Source of the DNA: Hyphomicrobiales bacterium
GTDB taxonomy: Bacteria; Pseudomonadota; Alphaproteobacteria; Rhizobiales; Aestuariivirgaceae
Direction of reading: 5' to 3'
NCBI GenBank assembly: GCA_040383265.1
Contig: JBEIDW010000001.1
Span: 31,369 to 95,368, forward strand
DNA: 64,000 nucleotides
The translations under genes were made by a program, and so were the position numbers. Of the stretch, positions 38,925 through 48,445 are shown piece after piece. Under the pieces are notes generated by a model. That model searched no databases. It was not told the DNA's origin and saw only the letters and a program-made list of their open reading frames with translations. Numbering within the stretch: the first letter of the stretch is position 1; the number at the start of each line of letters is the position of its first letter.

Positions 38925-38954
38925 AAAAAGGCCGGAGTGATTGTCACTCCGGCC
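38925..38954 (-). terminator. Rho-independent terminator with no upstream CDS
   Basis: Minus strand GGCCGGAGTGA-CAA-TCACTCCGGCC-TTTTT. Confidence 0.85.
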
Positions 38955-39080
38955 ATGAAACGCGACGCCTACACCTCAAACTCACTGACTACATGGGGAG
39001 AATGGCCCGACTGACTAAACAAGCTTCGGAAGGGGTTGGGGGCTGAGTTTCCGAAAGCTCAATGCCAGCCGGGCCGATAG
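38925..39080 (-). ncRNA. Candidate small regulatory RNA
   Basis: Long hairpin 39004-39075 with G:U pairs only in the minus-strand reading, C-rich loop, then the orphan terminator; no ORF. Confidence 0.6.
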
Positions 39081-39226
39081 AGGCAACAATGCTTGTATGA
39101 CCTCGAAGCTGGGCAGCAGCTTGATGCAAATACGGCAGAAAGGTGATCTTTGAGCCTGTGCTTGCCAAGGCGCGGCAACCGGTTCATCTTTGACATCAGC
39201 CTGTCACGCAAATGCGGGGTGGTCCG

Positions 39227-39616
39227 TTGGACGAGTCCAAAGACATCATAACCCTCCGGCCCTGGAGTACTGGTTCCTTGGCCGGACGGGAAGATTCCAA
39301 GAATTCCGTGGCACCGCAGCGCGTGGCCTTTGACCGCAAGGAATTACAGACAATCCTTGGCTTTTATGGGCTCAAGGTGGCCGAAGGGGAATGGCGTGAC
39401 TATGCCATGGATTTCGGTCCGGAACAGGCCGTGTTCTCGGTGTTCCGGCGCTCATCCGAGGTGCCGCTCTACCGCATCGTGAAGGACCCGGCACTGGTCC
39501 GCAAGCAGGGCATGTATCAGGTCATCGCGCAGGGTGGATTGATTCTGAAGCGCGGCCACGATCTGGCAACAGTTCTGAAGGTTCTGACGAAAGCGCCAAA
39601 GTTTTCTGCCGTCTAA
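39227..39616 (+). CDS. DUF2794 family protein
   Basis: F.R.EL..IL..YG..VA.GEWRDYA, AVFSVFRR.SE.PLYRI.K, ILKRGHDL; start uncertain. Confidence 0.85.
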   Translation: MDESKDIITLRPWSTGSLAGREDSKNSVAPQRVAFDRKELQTILGFYGLKVAEGEWRDYAMDFGPEQAVFSVFRRSSEVPLYRIVKDPALVRKQGMYQVIAQGGLILKRGHDLATVLKVLTKAPKFSAV

Positions 39617-39629
39617 CACGCCGGCAAAC

Positions 39630-39657
39630 AAAAACCCCGGCCTGTTGGACCGGGGTT
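39630..39657 (-). terminator. Rho-independent terminator after the Bax inhibitor-1 gene
   Basis: AACCCCGG..CCGGGGTT stem with an A-tract on the plus strand. Confidence 0.7.
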
Positions 39658-39680
39658 CGTGGTTAGGCCTGACTTCAGGG

Positions 39681-40427
39681 CTATTCGTTGGAGTTCATGA
39701 ACCCCAGGATCTGCAGGATGTTCACGAAGATGCTGATGAAGCTGCCGTAAAGCATGAAGGCACCGAAGATCGACTTGCGGGCGACTGCTTCACTGCCATC
39801 GGCCTCCGCATACATCTCCTTGATGATCTGTGTTTCCCAGGCCGTGATCAGCGACACGAAGATCACGAAGCCGAAGGAGATCAACATGCTGATCATCATG
39901 GTGCCGGGGCCGACGCCGGTGAACATGGCGACAACCATGTTGACGAGCCCGGCGACCAGCAAGCCCATCAGAGCCATTCCAGCCATTGCGCCCATGCCGG
40001 AGAGGTCACGCTTCGAGGTGTAACCCCACAGGCTCATTGCGCCGAATGTGGCGGCAGCCGACAGGAAGGCCGTCATCACGATGGACGGGTTGATGCCCAG
40101 ATAGCGGTTCACCATCGGCGCGATGCCAATGCCCCACAGCGCGACATAGGCCCAGTAGACCACATGTGCCCGCGCCACCGTGCCGCCCATCAGCAGGCGT
40201 TGGGCAAAGAAGCCCATGGCGAGCAGGCCGATCAGGGCCGGGAACGCAAGCACATTGGCGACGGCGCCAAGCGCAGGGATGGTGTAGGTCGCCATCACGA
40301 TGACCGCCGTCACCGCAACGCCCAGCGCCATGTAGTTGTAAATGCCCAGCATGTAGGAGCGGAGGCCCTGGTCGAGTGCAGCGCGGGTCTCAACTCGCGA
40401 TTGCGAGGGGTATCTTAGTTCAGCCAT
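39681..40427 (-). CDS. Bax inhibitor-1/YccA family membrane protein
   Basis: DQGLRSYM.GIYNYM, SLWGYTSKRDLS, TAWETQ.IK; about 7 TM segments. Confidence 0.9.
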   Translation of the reverse strand: MAELRYPSQSRVETRAALDQGLRSYMLGIYNYMALGVAVTAVIVMATYTIPALGAVANVLAFPALIGLLAMGFFAQRLLMGGTVARAHVVYWAYVALWGIGIAPMVNRYLGINPSIVMTAFLSAAATFGAMSLWGYTSKRDLSGMGAMAGMALMGLLVAGLVNMVVAMFTGVGPGTMMISMLISFGFVIFVSLITAWETQIIKEMYAEADGSEAVARKSIFGAFMLYGSFISIFVNILQILGFMNSNE

Positions 40428-40456
40428 TTGTTCCTCCAGCAAAAACTTTGCTCATG

Positions 40457-40486
40457 ATTATGGGAAATCACCCGCATTTCTTCAAG
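40457..40486 (-). promoter_or_regulatory. Putative RpoH (sigma32) promoter of the yccA-like gene
   Basis: Minus strand CTTGAA-N16-CCCATAAT, near the sigma32 consensus. Confidence 0.7.
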
Positions 40487-40520
40487 TTACAGGAAATTTA
40501 GGAAATTGCACGGGGCCGTT

Positions 40521-40817
40521 TCACCCGGCTGCGAACTGGTCCATCTTGCGGGCCAGTTCGATGTCCTTCGGCGTCACGCCGCCCGCCGAATGGGTAGAAA
40601 GCGTCACCTCCACCCGGCCATAGACGTTCAGCCACTCCGGATGATGGTCGGTTTTCTCAGCAAACAGCGCCACCCGGTTCATGAACCCCCAAGCCTGACT
40701 GAAGGACTTGAACTGATACGTCTTGGTGATGGCATCGCGGCCCTTGGCCTCAGCCCAGCCGTGAAGCTCATGAAGCGCCTTGGCGCGCTCTACCCCAACG
40801 AGAGTTTTATCCATCAT
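40521..40817 (-). CDS. Pterin-4a-carbinolamine dehydratase
   Basis: F.SF..AWGFM.RVA..AE..DHHPEW.NVY, LSTH..GGVT..D. Confidence 0.93.
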   Translation of the reverse strand: MMDKTLVGVERAKALHELHGWAEAKGRDAITKTYQFKSFSQAWGFMNRVALFAEKTDHHPEWLNVYGRVEVTLSTHSAGGVTPKDIELARKMDQFAAG

Positions 40818-41356
40818 AGCCCCGCCTGTAATTGATAAGAGTCCTCCACCGCGTAAGGACCGCCCCCGCGCGAGGGCCGGGAAGAGAAGAGCACGAAGCG
40901 CGCCACATCGAACACCCGGCTGCGGTAGAGGTTATGTGACGCGGCGAAGCGGTGCAAGGCCTCAACATCCGGGTTCTTGAGCCGGGCCAGCGTGACGTGT
41001 GGCGCAAACTTGCGCGATTCCGGCGCCATGCCGAGGACCTGGCAAATGCGCTCCTGCGTAGCCTGCAATCTCAGAAGTTCAGCACTTTCCGCAACGCCTG
41101 CATAGAGCGCGTGGGGCTTGGCTCCGCCGAACACGCCGATGCCGGAAAGCCGCAACGCGAAAGGTTTGGCCTCGATCCGCTCCAATCCTTGGGCGACTTC
41201 ACGCGCCAGCCCATCATCGATGTCGCCGATGAAGCGCAGCGTGATGTGATAGGATTCGCGGTCGATCCAGCGCGCGCCCGCAATGCCGCCGCGCATCATG
41301 TCGAGGTCGAGCGCCACGTCAGGCGGAATTTCAAGGCCGGTAAACAGGCGTGGCAT
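40814..41356 (-). CDS. thpR: RNA 2',3'-cyclic phosphodiesterase (2H family)
   Basis: MPRLFTGL, HITL and PHVTLAR twin HxT motifs. Confidence 0.92.
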   Translation of the reverse strand: MPRLFTGLEIPPDVALDLDMMRGGIAGARWIDRESYHITLRFIGDIDDGLAREVAQGLERIEAKPFALRLSGIGVFGGAKPHALYAGVAESAELLRLQATQERICQVLGMAPESRKFAPHVTLARLKNPDVEALHRFAASHNLYRSRVFDVARFVLFSSRPSRGGGPYAVEDSYQLQAGL

Positions 41357-41365
41357 CGTGGCCCC

Positions 41366-41977
41366 TTATTGCTTCAGCAGCGCCTCGACACTGGGCAGGA
41401 TACGCTTCACGATCTCATCGACCCCCTTCGCATTCGGGTGAATGCCATCCGCCTGATTGAGGCTCTGGTCGGCCGCGACGCCTTCAAGGAAAAAGGGATA
41501 GAGCGGAACGCCATGCTTGGCCGCGAGACGCGGGTACATGCCATCGAAGGCCTGTTGGTACTCAGCCCCGAGATTGGGAGGGGCCCGCATGCCGATGAAC
41601 AGAACCGGCAGGTTCTTTTCCTTCAGCCGGGCGAGAAGCTGGTCCAGCGCCTGTTCGGCCTGGTGAACCGGAAGGCCGCGCAGCGCATCATTCGCTCCCA
41701 GTTCCACCATTACGGCGGTGGTCTCCGGCGTCAGCGCCCAGTCGAGGCGGGATGCACCATCCACGGCTGTATCCCCGGCGACCCCGGCGTTGATCACTGT
41801 CACATCATAACCCTTAGCCTTGAGGGCAGCCTCCAGCTTCACCGTAAAGCCATCGGACGGCGGCAGGCCGTAGCCTGCCACCAGGCTGTCACCCAGCGCC
41901 AGAAGCGTCTGGGGTGCGGCGGAGGCGCTGCCGATGGCGAAGACAAGTGCTGCGAGGGAAATCAAAAATTTGTACAT
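41366..41977 (-). CDS. tesA: Arylesterase/acyl-CoA thioesterase I (SGNH, TesA-like)
   Basis: Signal peptide, GDSL, NAGV.GDT, LGAND, DGIHP; divergent from ybbA/ybbP-like genes. Confidence 0.88.
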   Translation of the reverse strand: MYKFLISLAALVFAIGSASAAPQTLLALGDSLVAGYGLPPSDGFTVKLEAALKAKGYDVTVINAGVAGDTAVDGASRLDWALTPETTAVMVELGANDALRGLPVHQAEQALDQLLARLKEKNLPVLFIGMRAPPNLGAEYQQAFDGMYPRLAAKHGVPLYPFFLEGVAADQSLNQADGIHPNAKGVDEIVKRILPSVEALLKQ

Positions 41978-42059
41978 GATGGTCACTTAAGCGCCATGGT
42001 TGCAGTGTTCAAGCATCCGATCCTCGACAAGCTGCGTATGGGAAAGAATGTTCGACGCA

Positions 42060-42743
42060 ATGACCACCACCGCCGTTTCGCTGAAAGACGTTCACCTGAG
42101 CCTGCCGAGCCGGGCTGGCACAGTCGACATCCTGCGTGGCATCGACCTTTCGGTGAAACCCGGAGAAGCGCTCGGCATTGTCGGGCCATCGGGCTCCGGC
42201 AAGACCACCCTTCTCATGGTTATCGCCGGGCTGGAACGGGCCAGCCGTGGCGAAGTGGTTGTGGCCGGCCAGTTGCTCTCAGGCAAGAACGAGGATGAGC
42301 TGGCAGCATTCCGGCGCGACCATGTCGGCATCATCTTCCAGTCCTTCCACCTGATCCCGACCATGACGGCGCTTGAGAATGTCGCCGTGCCACTGGAATT
42401 CCGGGGTGCCAGGGATGCCATGGGCGTTGCGGAGGAAAAGCTGAAGCGCGTCGGCCTCGGCCATCGCCTGTCGCATTATCCGGGCCAGCTCTCTGGTGGC
42501 GAGCAGCAGCGCGTGGCGATTGCGCGCGCCCTTGCTTCGGGCGCCAGGATCATCATCGCGGACGAGCCAACCGGCAACCTTGACCATGTGACGGGCGAGC
42601 AGATCATCCGCCTGTTGTTCGACGTGAGGCAGCAGGATGGCGCATCGCTGATCCTCGTCACCCATGACCGCGCACTGGCGGAACGCTGCGACCGCATGGC
42701 CGAGGTGCTCGATGGCCGCATCGTTGCGGGAGCTCAGCCTTGA
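42060..42743 (+). CDS. ABC transporter ATP-binding protein (YbbA-like)
   Basis: GPSGSGKT, FQSFHL, LSGGEQQR, DEPTGNLD. Confidence 0.92.
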   Translation: MTTTAVSLKDVHLSLPSRAGTVDILRGIDLSVKPGEALGIVGPSGSGKTTLLMVIAGLERASRGEVVVAGQLLSGKNEDELAAFRRDHVGIIFQSFHLIPTMTALENVAVPLEFRGARDAMGVAEEKLKRVGLGHRLSHYPGQLSGGEQQRVAIARALASGARIIIADEPTGNLDHVTGEQIIRLLFDVRQQDGASLILVTHDRALAERCDRMAEVLDGRIVAGAQP

Positions 42744-45262
42744 ACATCGGCCTCTGGCTGCGCTTTGCCGCGCGTGACCTGCGCTCAGGCCTGCAGGGCT
42801 TCTGGATCTTCCTCACCTGCCTTGCGCTCGGCACGGGAACCATCGCCATCATCGGTTCGCTCTCCGCCGCCATCCAGCGCGGACTTGACGAGCAGGGCCA
42901 GCCGCTTCTGGGCGGCGACGTCGAATTCGCCCTGATCCACCGCCAGGCGAGTGAAGAGGAATTCACTTTCATCAACTCCAAGGGTCAGCTCAGCACGGTC
43001 GCCACTGTGCGTGGCATGGCCATGGCGGGCGACGCCACGACACTCGTCGAGGTCAAGGCCGTTGACGGCAACTACCCGCTTTACGGCGAAGTGAAGCTTT
43101 CAGGCGGCACAACGCTCGCGGACGCGATTGCCACGCGCGATGGCGTGCCGGGTGCCGCAGCGGACCCCTTGCTCATGGGCAGGCTGGGCATCAAGGTTGG
43201 CGACACGGTGAAGCTTGGATCGGCTGAGATCGAAATCCGCGCCGCCATCGAGCGCGAGCCTGACCGCCTGTCAGATGGCATCGTACTGGGGCCGCGGCTG
43301 ATGATCTCGCAGGCAACACTCGATGCCACGAAGATCCTGCAGCCGGGAAGCCTTGTCACCTGGCGATACCGGGTGAAACTGCCGGAACCCGCCTCGCTCA
43401 ACGCCGCCAAGGCGGTGATGAAGGAAGCCAATGACAACTTCAAGGATGCGGGCTGGCGCTTGCGCAACCGCAACAACGCGGCGGCAGGCGCTGACGGATT
43501 CATCGAGCGTCTCGGCTATTTCATGACGCTGGTGGGCCTCGCCTCCCTCATCGTCGGGGGTGCGGGTATCGCCAATGCGGTGAAGGCCTTCGTGGCACGC
43601 AAGATGAATGCCATTGCCACCTACAAATGCCTCGGCGCCTCCTCGCGCGATGTGATGGGCATTTATCTCACCGAAATCCTGCTGGTCGCCCTGATCGCCA
43701 TTGCAATTGGACTGGCGGCGGGTGCGGCTGCACCACCGCTGGCCACCGCACTGTTCAGCAAACTTCTGCCCCTGCCCGTTTCCGGACAGGTCGAGGTGCT
43801 GCCGCTCTTGTTTGCCGGCGCACTGGGCTTGCTGACAACGCTGGCCTTCGCGCTCTGGCCGCTCGCGCATACGCGGCGCGTCGCGGCATCTGCCCTATTC
43901 CGCTCGCGCAGCATGCCGCTGCAAGGCTGGCCGGGCCTTGGCGCGGTCACCGCCATTGCCATTTCGCTTGCGCTCATCGCTGGGCTTGTCTTCTTCGCCT
44001 TCGAAAACACCCGGGTCACCACCTATTTCCTGCTCGGCCTTGTCGCCAGCTTTGCGGTGCTGATCGGCCTTGCCAAGCTGATCATTTTCACGGCCGAACG
44101 CCTGCCCCGCAGTTCATCAGCCATCTGGCGCTATGCCGTGGGCAACATTCACCGGCCAGGTTCGGCGGCAGCGTCCGTCATCCTCGCGCTCGGCCTCGGC
44201 CTCACACTGTTCGTAACGCTGGCCCTGACCGACCGCAGCATCTCGGATGAACTGCGATCCGGCATTCCGCAAAAGGCGCCCGCCTTCTTCTTCCTTGATG
44301 TGCCCAACGGCAGTTTGCAGGCATTCAGAGATGCGGTGTCAGGGCAGCCTGGTGTTATCCATGTCAACAATTCGCCCATGATGCGCGGGCGCATCGTGAG
44401 CGTGAAGGGGGTTCCGGCCGAGAAGGTGCCGGCCTCGTCCAACTCCGACTGGGCGCTGCGCGGCGATCGCGGCCTCACCTACGCCGAAACACTTCCCGAA
44501 GGTTCGACCCTGGTTGAAGGCGAATGGTGGCCGGCAGATTACAATGGCCCGCCTCTCGTATCCCTCGTCGATGAAGTCGCCAATGGCATTGGCGTTAAGA
44601 TTGGCGACGAGATTGTCGTCAATGTGCTGGGCCGCGAAATCACGGCGAAAGTGGCCAACCTCCGCAAGGTGAACTGGCGGAGCTTTGGCATCAACTTCGT
44701 CATGGTGTTCAGCCCCAATACGCTGAAGGCCGCGCCCCACAGCCACATCGTGACGGTGGAGATGAGCGGCGGCGATGAAGCAAAGCTTCTGAACAGCATG
44801 GCTCGCAGCTACCCCTCAGTGACGGCTGTGCGGGTGAAGGACGCGATCGACACGGTGAGCGGCCTACTGAACCAGATGGTTGCGGCGATCCGCAGTGCCA
44901 ATGTGCTGACGCTTCTGACAGGCATTCTGGTTCTCGCGGGTGCCTTGGCGGCAGGGCTTTCAGAGCGGCTGTACGAGGCGGTGGTGCTGAAGACCTACGG
45001 AGCTTCGAAGCGGCAGCTGATTGGTGCTTTCGTCATCGAATATGCAGGTCTCGGGCTTGCGGCGGCGGTGTTCGGCGTGGCGGTGGGCTCGGCCGCCTCA
45101 TGGTTCCTTGCTCACTTCATCCTTGAAATGCCGTGGAGCTTTTCGCCGATGACGGCAATTCTCACCGCCCTGCTTGCCATGGTGGTCACGGTGGCGGCGG
45201 GGCTGGGTGTCACCTGGCGTGCCCTTTCGGCCAAGCCCACGCCCTATCTCAGAAACGAGTAG
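42740..45262 (+). CDS. ABC transporter permease, FtsX-like (YbbP-like)
   Basis: 840 aa, LLGGD, VKAVD..YPLYG, AP.FFF.D, RGLT, R.V.W.S..INF; two FtsX-type halves. Confidence 0.9.
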   Translation: MNIGLWLRFAARDLRSGLQGFWIFLTCLALGTGTIAIIGSLSAAIQRGLDEQGQPLLGGDVEFALIHRQASEEEFTFINSKGQLSTVATVRGMAMAGDATTLVEVKAVDGNYPLYGEVKLSGGTTLADAIATRDGVPGAAADPLLMGRLGIKVGDTVKLGSAEIEIRAAIEREPDRLSDGIVLGPRLMISQATLDATKILQPGSLVTWRYRVKLPEPASLNAAKAVMKEANDNFKDAGWRLRNRNNAAAGADGFIERLGYFMTLVGLASLIVGGAGIANAVKAFVARKMNAIATYKCLGASSRDVMGIYLTEILLVALIAIAIGLAAGAAAPPLATALFSKLLPLPVSGQVEVLPLLFAGALGLLTTLAFALWPLAHTRRVAASALFRSRSMPLQGWPGLGAVTAIAISLALIAGLVFFAFENTRVTTYFLLGLVASFAVLIGLAKLIIFTAERLPRSSSAIWRYAVGNIHRPGSAAASVILALGLGLTLFVTLALTDRSISDELRSGIPQKAPAFFFLDVPNGSLQAFRDAVSGQPGVIHVNNSPMMRGRIVSVKGVPAEKVPASSNSDWALRGDRGLTYAETLPEGSTLVEGEWWPADYNGPPLVSLVDEVANGIGVKIGDEIVVNVLGREITAKVANLRKVNWRSFGINFVMVFSPNTLKAAPHSHIVTVEMSGGDEAKLLNSMARSYPSVTAVRVKDAIDTVSGLLNQMVAAIRSANVLTLLTGILVLAGALAAGLSERLYEAVVLKTYGASKRQLIGAFVIEYAGLGLAAAVFGVAVGSAASWFLAHFILEMPWSFSPMTAILTALLAMVVTVAAGLGVTWRALSAKPTPYLRNE

Positions 45263-45294
45263 AAATCATCAGCACGGCGGTCTAGTCAGGAATC

Positions 45295-45879
45295 ATGGTC
45301 GTTCTCAATCGAATCTACACCCGCACCGGCGATGCCGGGGAAACTGCACTTGGCTCTGGCGAGCGCGTTTCAAAAGCGCATTTGCGCATCCAGGCCTATG
45401 GCACGGTGGATGAAACCAACGCCACCGTTGGCCTCGTGAGGCTCCACACCGGAAGCCACGAGCTGGACAAGCTCGACCAGATGCTGGCGCGCATCCAGAA
45501 TGAGTTGTTCGACCTGGGCGCTGATCTTTGCGTGCCGGATACGGGCAAGGACCTGGGATATGAACCCTTGCGCATCCTGCCAAGGCAGTATGAGCGGATC
45601 GAAGCCGAAATCGACGAGCTTAACGCCGAACTTAGCCCCCTGCGCTCCTTCATACTGCCAGGAGGCCATCCGGCTGGGGCGCATCTCCACCTGTCGCGCA
45701 CCGTATGCCGCCGGGCCGAGCGGTTGATCGTGGAGCTTGCCTCGCATGAGGGCGAACATGTGAGCGAAGGTGCAATTGCCTATGTGAACCGGCTGTCAGA
45801 CTTCTTTTTCGTGGCCAGCCGATGGGCCAATGCGCGGGTCGGCGGAGACGTGCTCTGGGTGCCGGGAAAAACACGCTGA
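45295..45879 (+). CDS. pduO: ATP:cob(I)alamin adenosyltransferase, PduO type
   Basis: RIYTRTGD.GET, YGTVDE.N, FILPGG, RTVCRRAER, NRLSD. Confidence 0.92.
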   Translation: MVVLNRIYTRTGDAGETALGSGERVSKAHLRIQAYGTVDETNATVGLVRLHTGSHELDKLDQMLARIQNELFDLGADLCVPDTGKDLGYEPLRILPRQYERIEAEIDELNAELSPLRSFILPGGHPAGAHLHLSRTVCRRAERLIVELASHEGEHVSEGAIAYVNRLSDFFFVASRWANARVGGDVLWVPGKTR

Positions 45880-45886
45880 TACGGAT

Positions 45887-46579
45887 ATGTTTATCCCCCT
45901 TCACGATTCCACCCCGCTGAAGGTCATCCGGTTTCAGGCCGTCACACTCTCCATTATCGCTCTCAACGTGCTGGTCTATCTCCTCACGGGCGCCTTCACG
46001 CCGGAGGCCGTTCTGGCGGCCATTGCCACGGTCTGGGGCGTGGTGCCCGGCGAGCTGACGGGGCTCATGCAAACGGGGGCGGTCGGCGGACCCATTCCGG
46101 AGCCGCTCACCCTCATCACCTACCAGTTCCTGCATGCCGGCTGGGGGCACCTGTTGCCGAACATGCTGTTTCTCTGGGTCTTCGCCGACAACATCGAGGA
46201 TGCCTATGGCCACGTGGCCTTTGCCTTGCTCTACCTGGTAAGCGGCGTCATTGCGGCGCTGGCCCATGTTCTGGTGATGCCGGGGTCCTCCGCGCCGCTG
46301 GTTAGCGCGTCCGGTGCGGTTTCAGGCATTCTGGGGGCGTATCTGATACTGTTTCCCCGGTCGCGGGTGTGGATCCTGCTGTTCATGCGCCTGCCGATCC
46401 GCATCGGGGCCTTGTGGGTGCTGGGCAGCTGGTTCGTGCTGCAATTCGTGTCCTTCTGGTTTCAGCCCAGTGCAGCCGAAACGGCGGTGGCCTGGGGCGC
46501 CCATATCGGCGGCTTTCTCGCCGGGGCCACCATCACCTATGCGCTGCGCCGCCGCCTCTGGATGCGGCTGGACAGCTGA
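45887..46579 (+). CDS. Rhomboid family intramembrane serine protease
   Basis: FLHAG..HL..NM, DNIED, SASG (canonical GASG), AHIGGF. Confidence 0.85.
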   Translation: MFIPLHDSTPLKVIRFQAVTLSIIALNVLVYLLTGAFTPEAVLAAIATVWGVVPGELTGLMQTGAVGGPIPEPLTLITYQFLHAGWGHLLPNMLFLWVFADNIEDAYGHVAFALLYLVSGVIAALAHVLVMPGSSAPLVSASGAVSGILGAYLILFPRSRVWILLFMRLPIRIGALWVLGSWFVLQFVSFWFQPSAAETAVAWGAHIGGFLAGATITYALRRRLWMRLDS

Positions 46580-46638
46580 ACCCCACCTTTTGGTTAGAAC
46601 AAAGCGTCGCATTCGGCCAGCAAGCGGCGTTGCCGGAA

Positions 46639-46667
46639 TTGACTTGAGGGGTTCCCCTCACTAGGGT
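46639..46667 (+). promoter_or_regulatory. Putative sigma70 promoter of etfBA with a palindromic spacer
   Basis: TTGACT-N17-TAGGGT; spacer contains TGAGGGG-TT-CCCCTCA. Confidence 0.55.
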
Positions 46668-46706
46668 CCGGCCACTTTTGAAAAGACCGCCAAATCGAGG
46701 AAAACG

Positions 46707-47453
46707 ATGAAAGTCCTGGTCGCAGTGAAGCGCGTCGTTGACTATAACGTCAAGATTCGCGTGAAGGCCGATGGTTCGGGTGTCGAACTGGCCAATGTGA
46801 AGATGTCGATGAACCCGTTCGACGAAATCGGCGTCGAAGAGGCCGTGCGCCTCAAGGAATCCGGCAAGGCCACGGAAGTGGTCGCCGTTTCCATCGGACC
46901 GGCGCAGGCGCAAGAGACGCTACGCACCGCGCTCGCCATGGGCGCTGACCGCGCGATCCTGATCAAGACCGACGACATCGTCGAGCCGCTCGCCGTCGCC
47001 AAGCTGCTGAAAGGCGTGGTCGAGGCCGAGAAGCCGGAGATCATCATCCTCGGCAAGCAGGCAATCGATGATGATTGCAACCAGACTGGCCAGATGCTGG
47101 CAGCCCTGCTGGGCTGGTCGCAGGCCACCTTCACCTCCAAGCTGGAGCCGGGTGCAGGCGAAGCCGCCATCACCCGCGAGATCGACGGCGGGTTGCAGAT
47201 GCTGAAGGTAAAGCTGCCGGCGGTCGTTACCACCGACCTCCGCCTGAACCAGCCGCGCTACGCCTCGCTACCGAACATCATGAAGGCGAAGAAGAAGCCG
47301 CTCGATGAGAAGACGCCTGCCGATTATGGCGTGGATGTCTCTCCGCGCCTCAAGGTCGTGAAGACCGAAGAGCCACCGAAGCGCCAGGCCGGCATCAAGG
47401 TGGGCTCGCCCGCCGAACTCGTCGCCAAACTCAAGGAAGCGGGAGTAATCTGA
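46707..47453 (+). CDS. etfB: Electron transfer flavoprotein beta subunit
   Basis: [34 protein letters not shown]. Confidence 0.97.
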   Translation: MKVLVAVKRVVDYNVKIRVKADGSGVELANVKMSMNPFDEIGVEEAVRLKESGKATEVVAVSIGPAQAQETLRTALAMGADRAILIKTDDIVEPLAVAKLLKGVVEAEKPEIIILGKQAIDDDCNQTGQMLAALLGWSQATFTSKLEPGAGEAAITREIDGGLQMLKVKLPAVVTTDLRLNQPRYASLPNIMKAKKKPLDEKTPADYGVDVSPRLKVVKTEEPPKRQAGIKVGSPAELVAKLKEAGVI

Positions 47454-47455
47454 TC

Positions 47456-48397
47456 ATGGCTGTCCTCCTCATCGCAGAACACGACAATGCCTCCATCAAG
47501 GACGCCACCCACAAGGCGTTGACGGCTGCTGCCCAGATGGGCGGCGATGTCCACGTGCTGGTGGCCGGCAATAACGCCGCCGGCGCAGCCGCTCAGGCCG
47601 CCAAGCTTCAAGGCGTCAAGAAGGTCATCCACGTCGAGTCGGCCTCGCTCGAACGCCCCGTTGCCGAGCCAATGGCAGCCCTCATCGTGTCGCTGGCCCC
47701 GGCTTATGATCACCTTGTCGCGGCGGCCACCGGCAACGGCAAGAACTTCATGCCGCGCGTTGCAGCCCTCCTCGACGTGATGCAGATCTCCGACATTTCG
47801 GAAGTGAAGTCGCCTGACACCTTCGTGCGCCTGATCTATGCCGGCAACGCGGTGCAGACCGTGCAGTCAACCGACCCCAAGAAGGTCATCACCGTGCGCA
47901 CCGCCTCCTTCCCGGCCACGGGCGAAGGCGGTTCGGCGGAGATCGCCAAGGCTGATGCGCCGGCTGATCCGGGCCTGTCCTCCTATCAGGGCGAGAACCT
48001 GTCGAAGTCGGACCGTCCCGAACTCACCTCGGCCAAGATCGTCGTGTCCGGCGGGCGTGGCATGCAGAACGGCGATAACTTCAAGATTCTCGACTCGGTG
48101 GCTTCCAAGCTCAACGCCGCTGTCGGCGCTTCGCGCGCTGCCGTGGACGCGGTCTATGTGCCCAATGATAACCAGGTCGGCCAGACCGGCAAGGTCTTCG
48201 CCCCTGACCTCTACATCGCGGTTAGCATCTCGGGTGCCATCCAGCACTTGGCCGGCATGAAGGACTCCAAGATCATCGTCGCCATCAACAAGGACGAAGA
48301 AGCCCCCATCTTCCAAGTGGCGGATTACGGACTGGTGTCGGATCTCTTCACCGCCGTCCCCGAACTCGACGCGGAACTCGCCAAGCTCGGCAAGTAA
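47456..48397 (+). CDS. etfA: Electron transfer flavoprotein alpha subunit
   Basis: [38 protein letters not shown]. Confidence 0.96.
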   Translation: MAVLLIAEHDNASIKDATHKALTAAAQMGGDVHVLVAGNNAAGAAAQAAKLQGVKKVIHVESASLERPVAEPMAALIVSLAPAYDHLVAAATGNGKNFMPRVAALLDVMQISDISEVKSPDTFVRLIYAGNAVQTVQSTDPKKVITVRTASFPATGEGGSAEIAKADAPADPGLSSYQGENLSKSDRPELTSAKIVVSGGRGMQNGDNFKILDSVASKLNAAVGASRAAVDAVYVPNDNQVGQTGKVFAPDLYIAVSISGAIQHLAGMKDSKIIVAINKDEEAPIFQVADYGLVSDLFTAVPELDAELAKLGK

Positions 48398-48415
48398 TCA
48401 TTACCGACCATTTCT

Positions 48416-48445
48416 GAAAAGGGCGGCCCATGGGCCGCCCTTTTC
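48416..48445. terminator. Bidirectional rho-independent terminator after etfA
   Basis: GAAAAGGGCGGCCCATGGGCCGCCCTTTTC perfect palindrome. Confidence 0.85.

Noticed and set aside
38985-39020. ACTGACTA direct repeat as a mini-CRISPR or iteron
   Set aside because: Only two 8-bp copies, no spacers or cas genes; better explained as part of the candidate RNA
39120-39140. Sigma54 promoter for the candidate sRNA (TTGCA on the minus strand)
   Set aside because: The required -24 GG dinucleotide is missing
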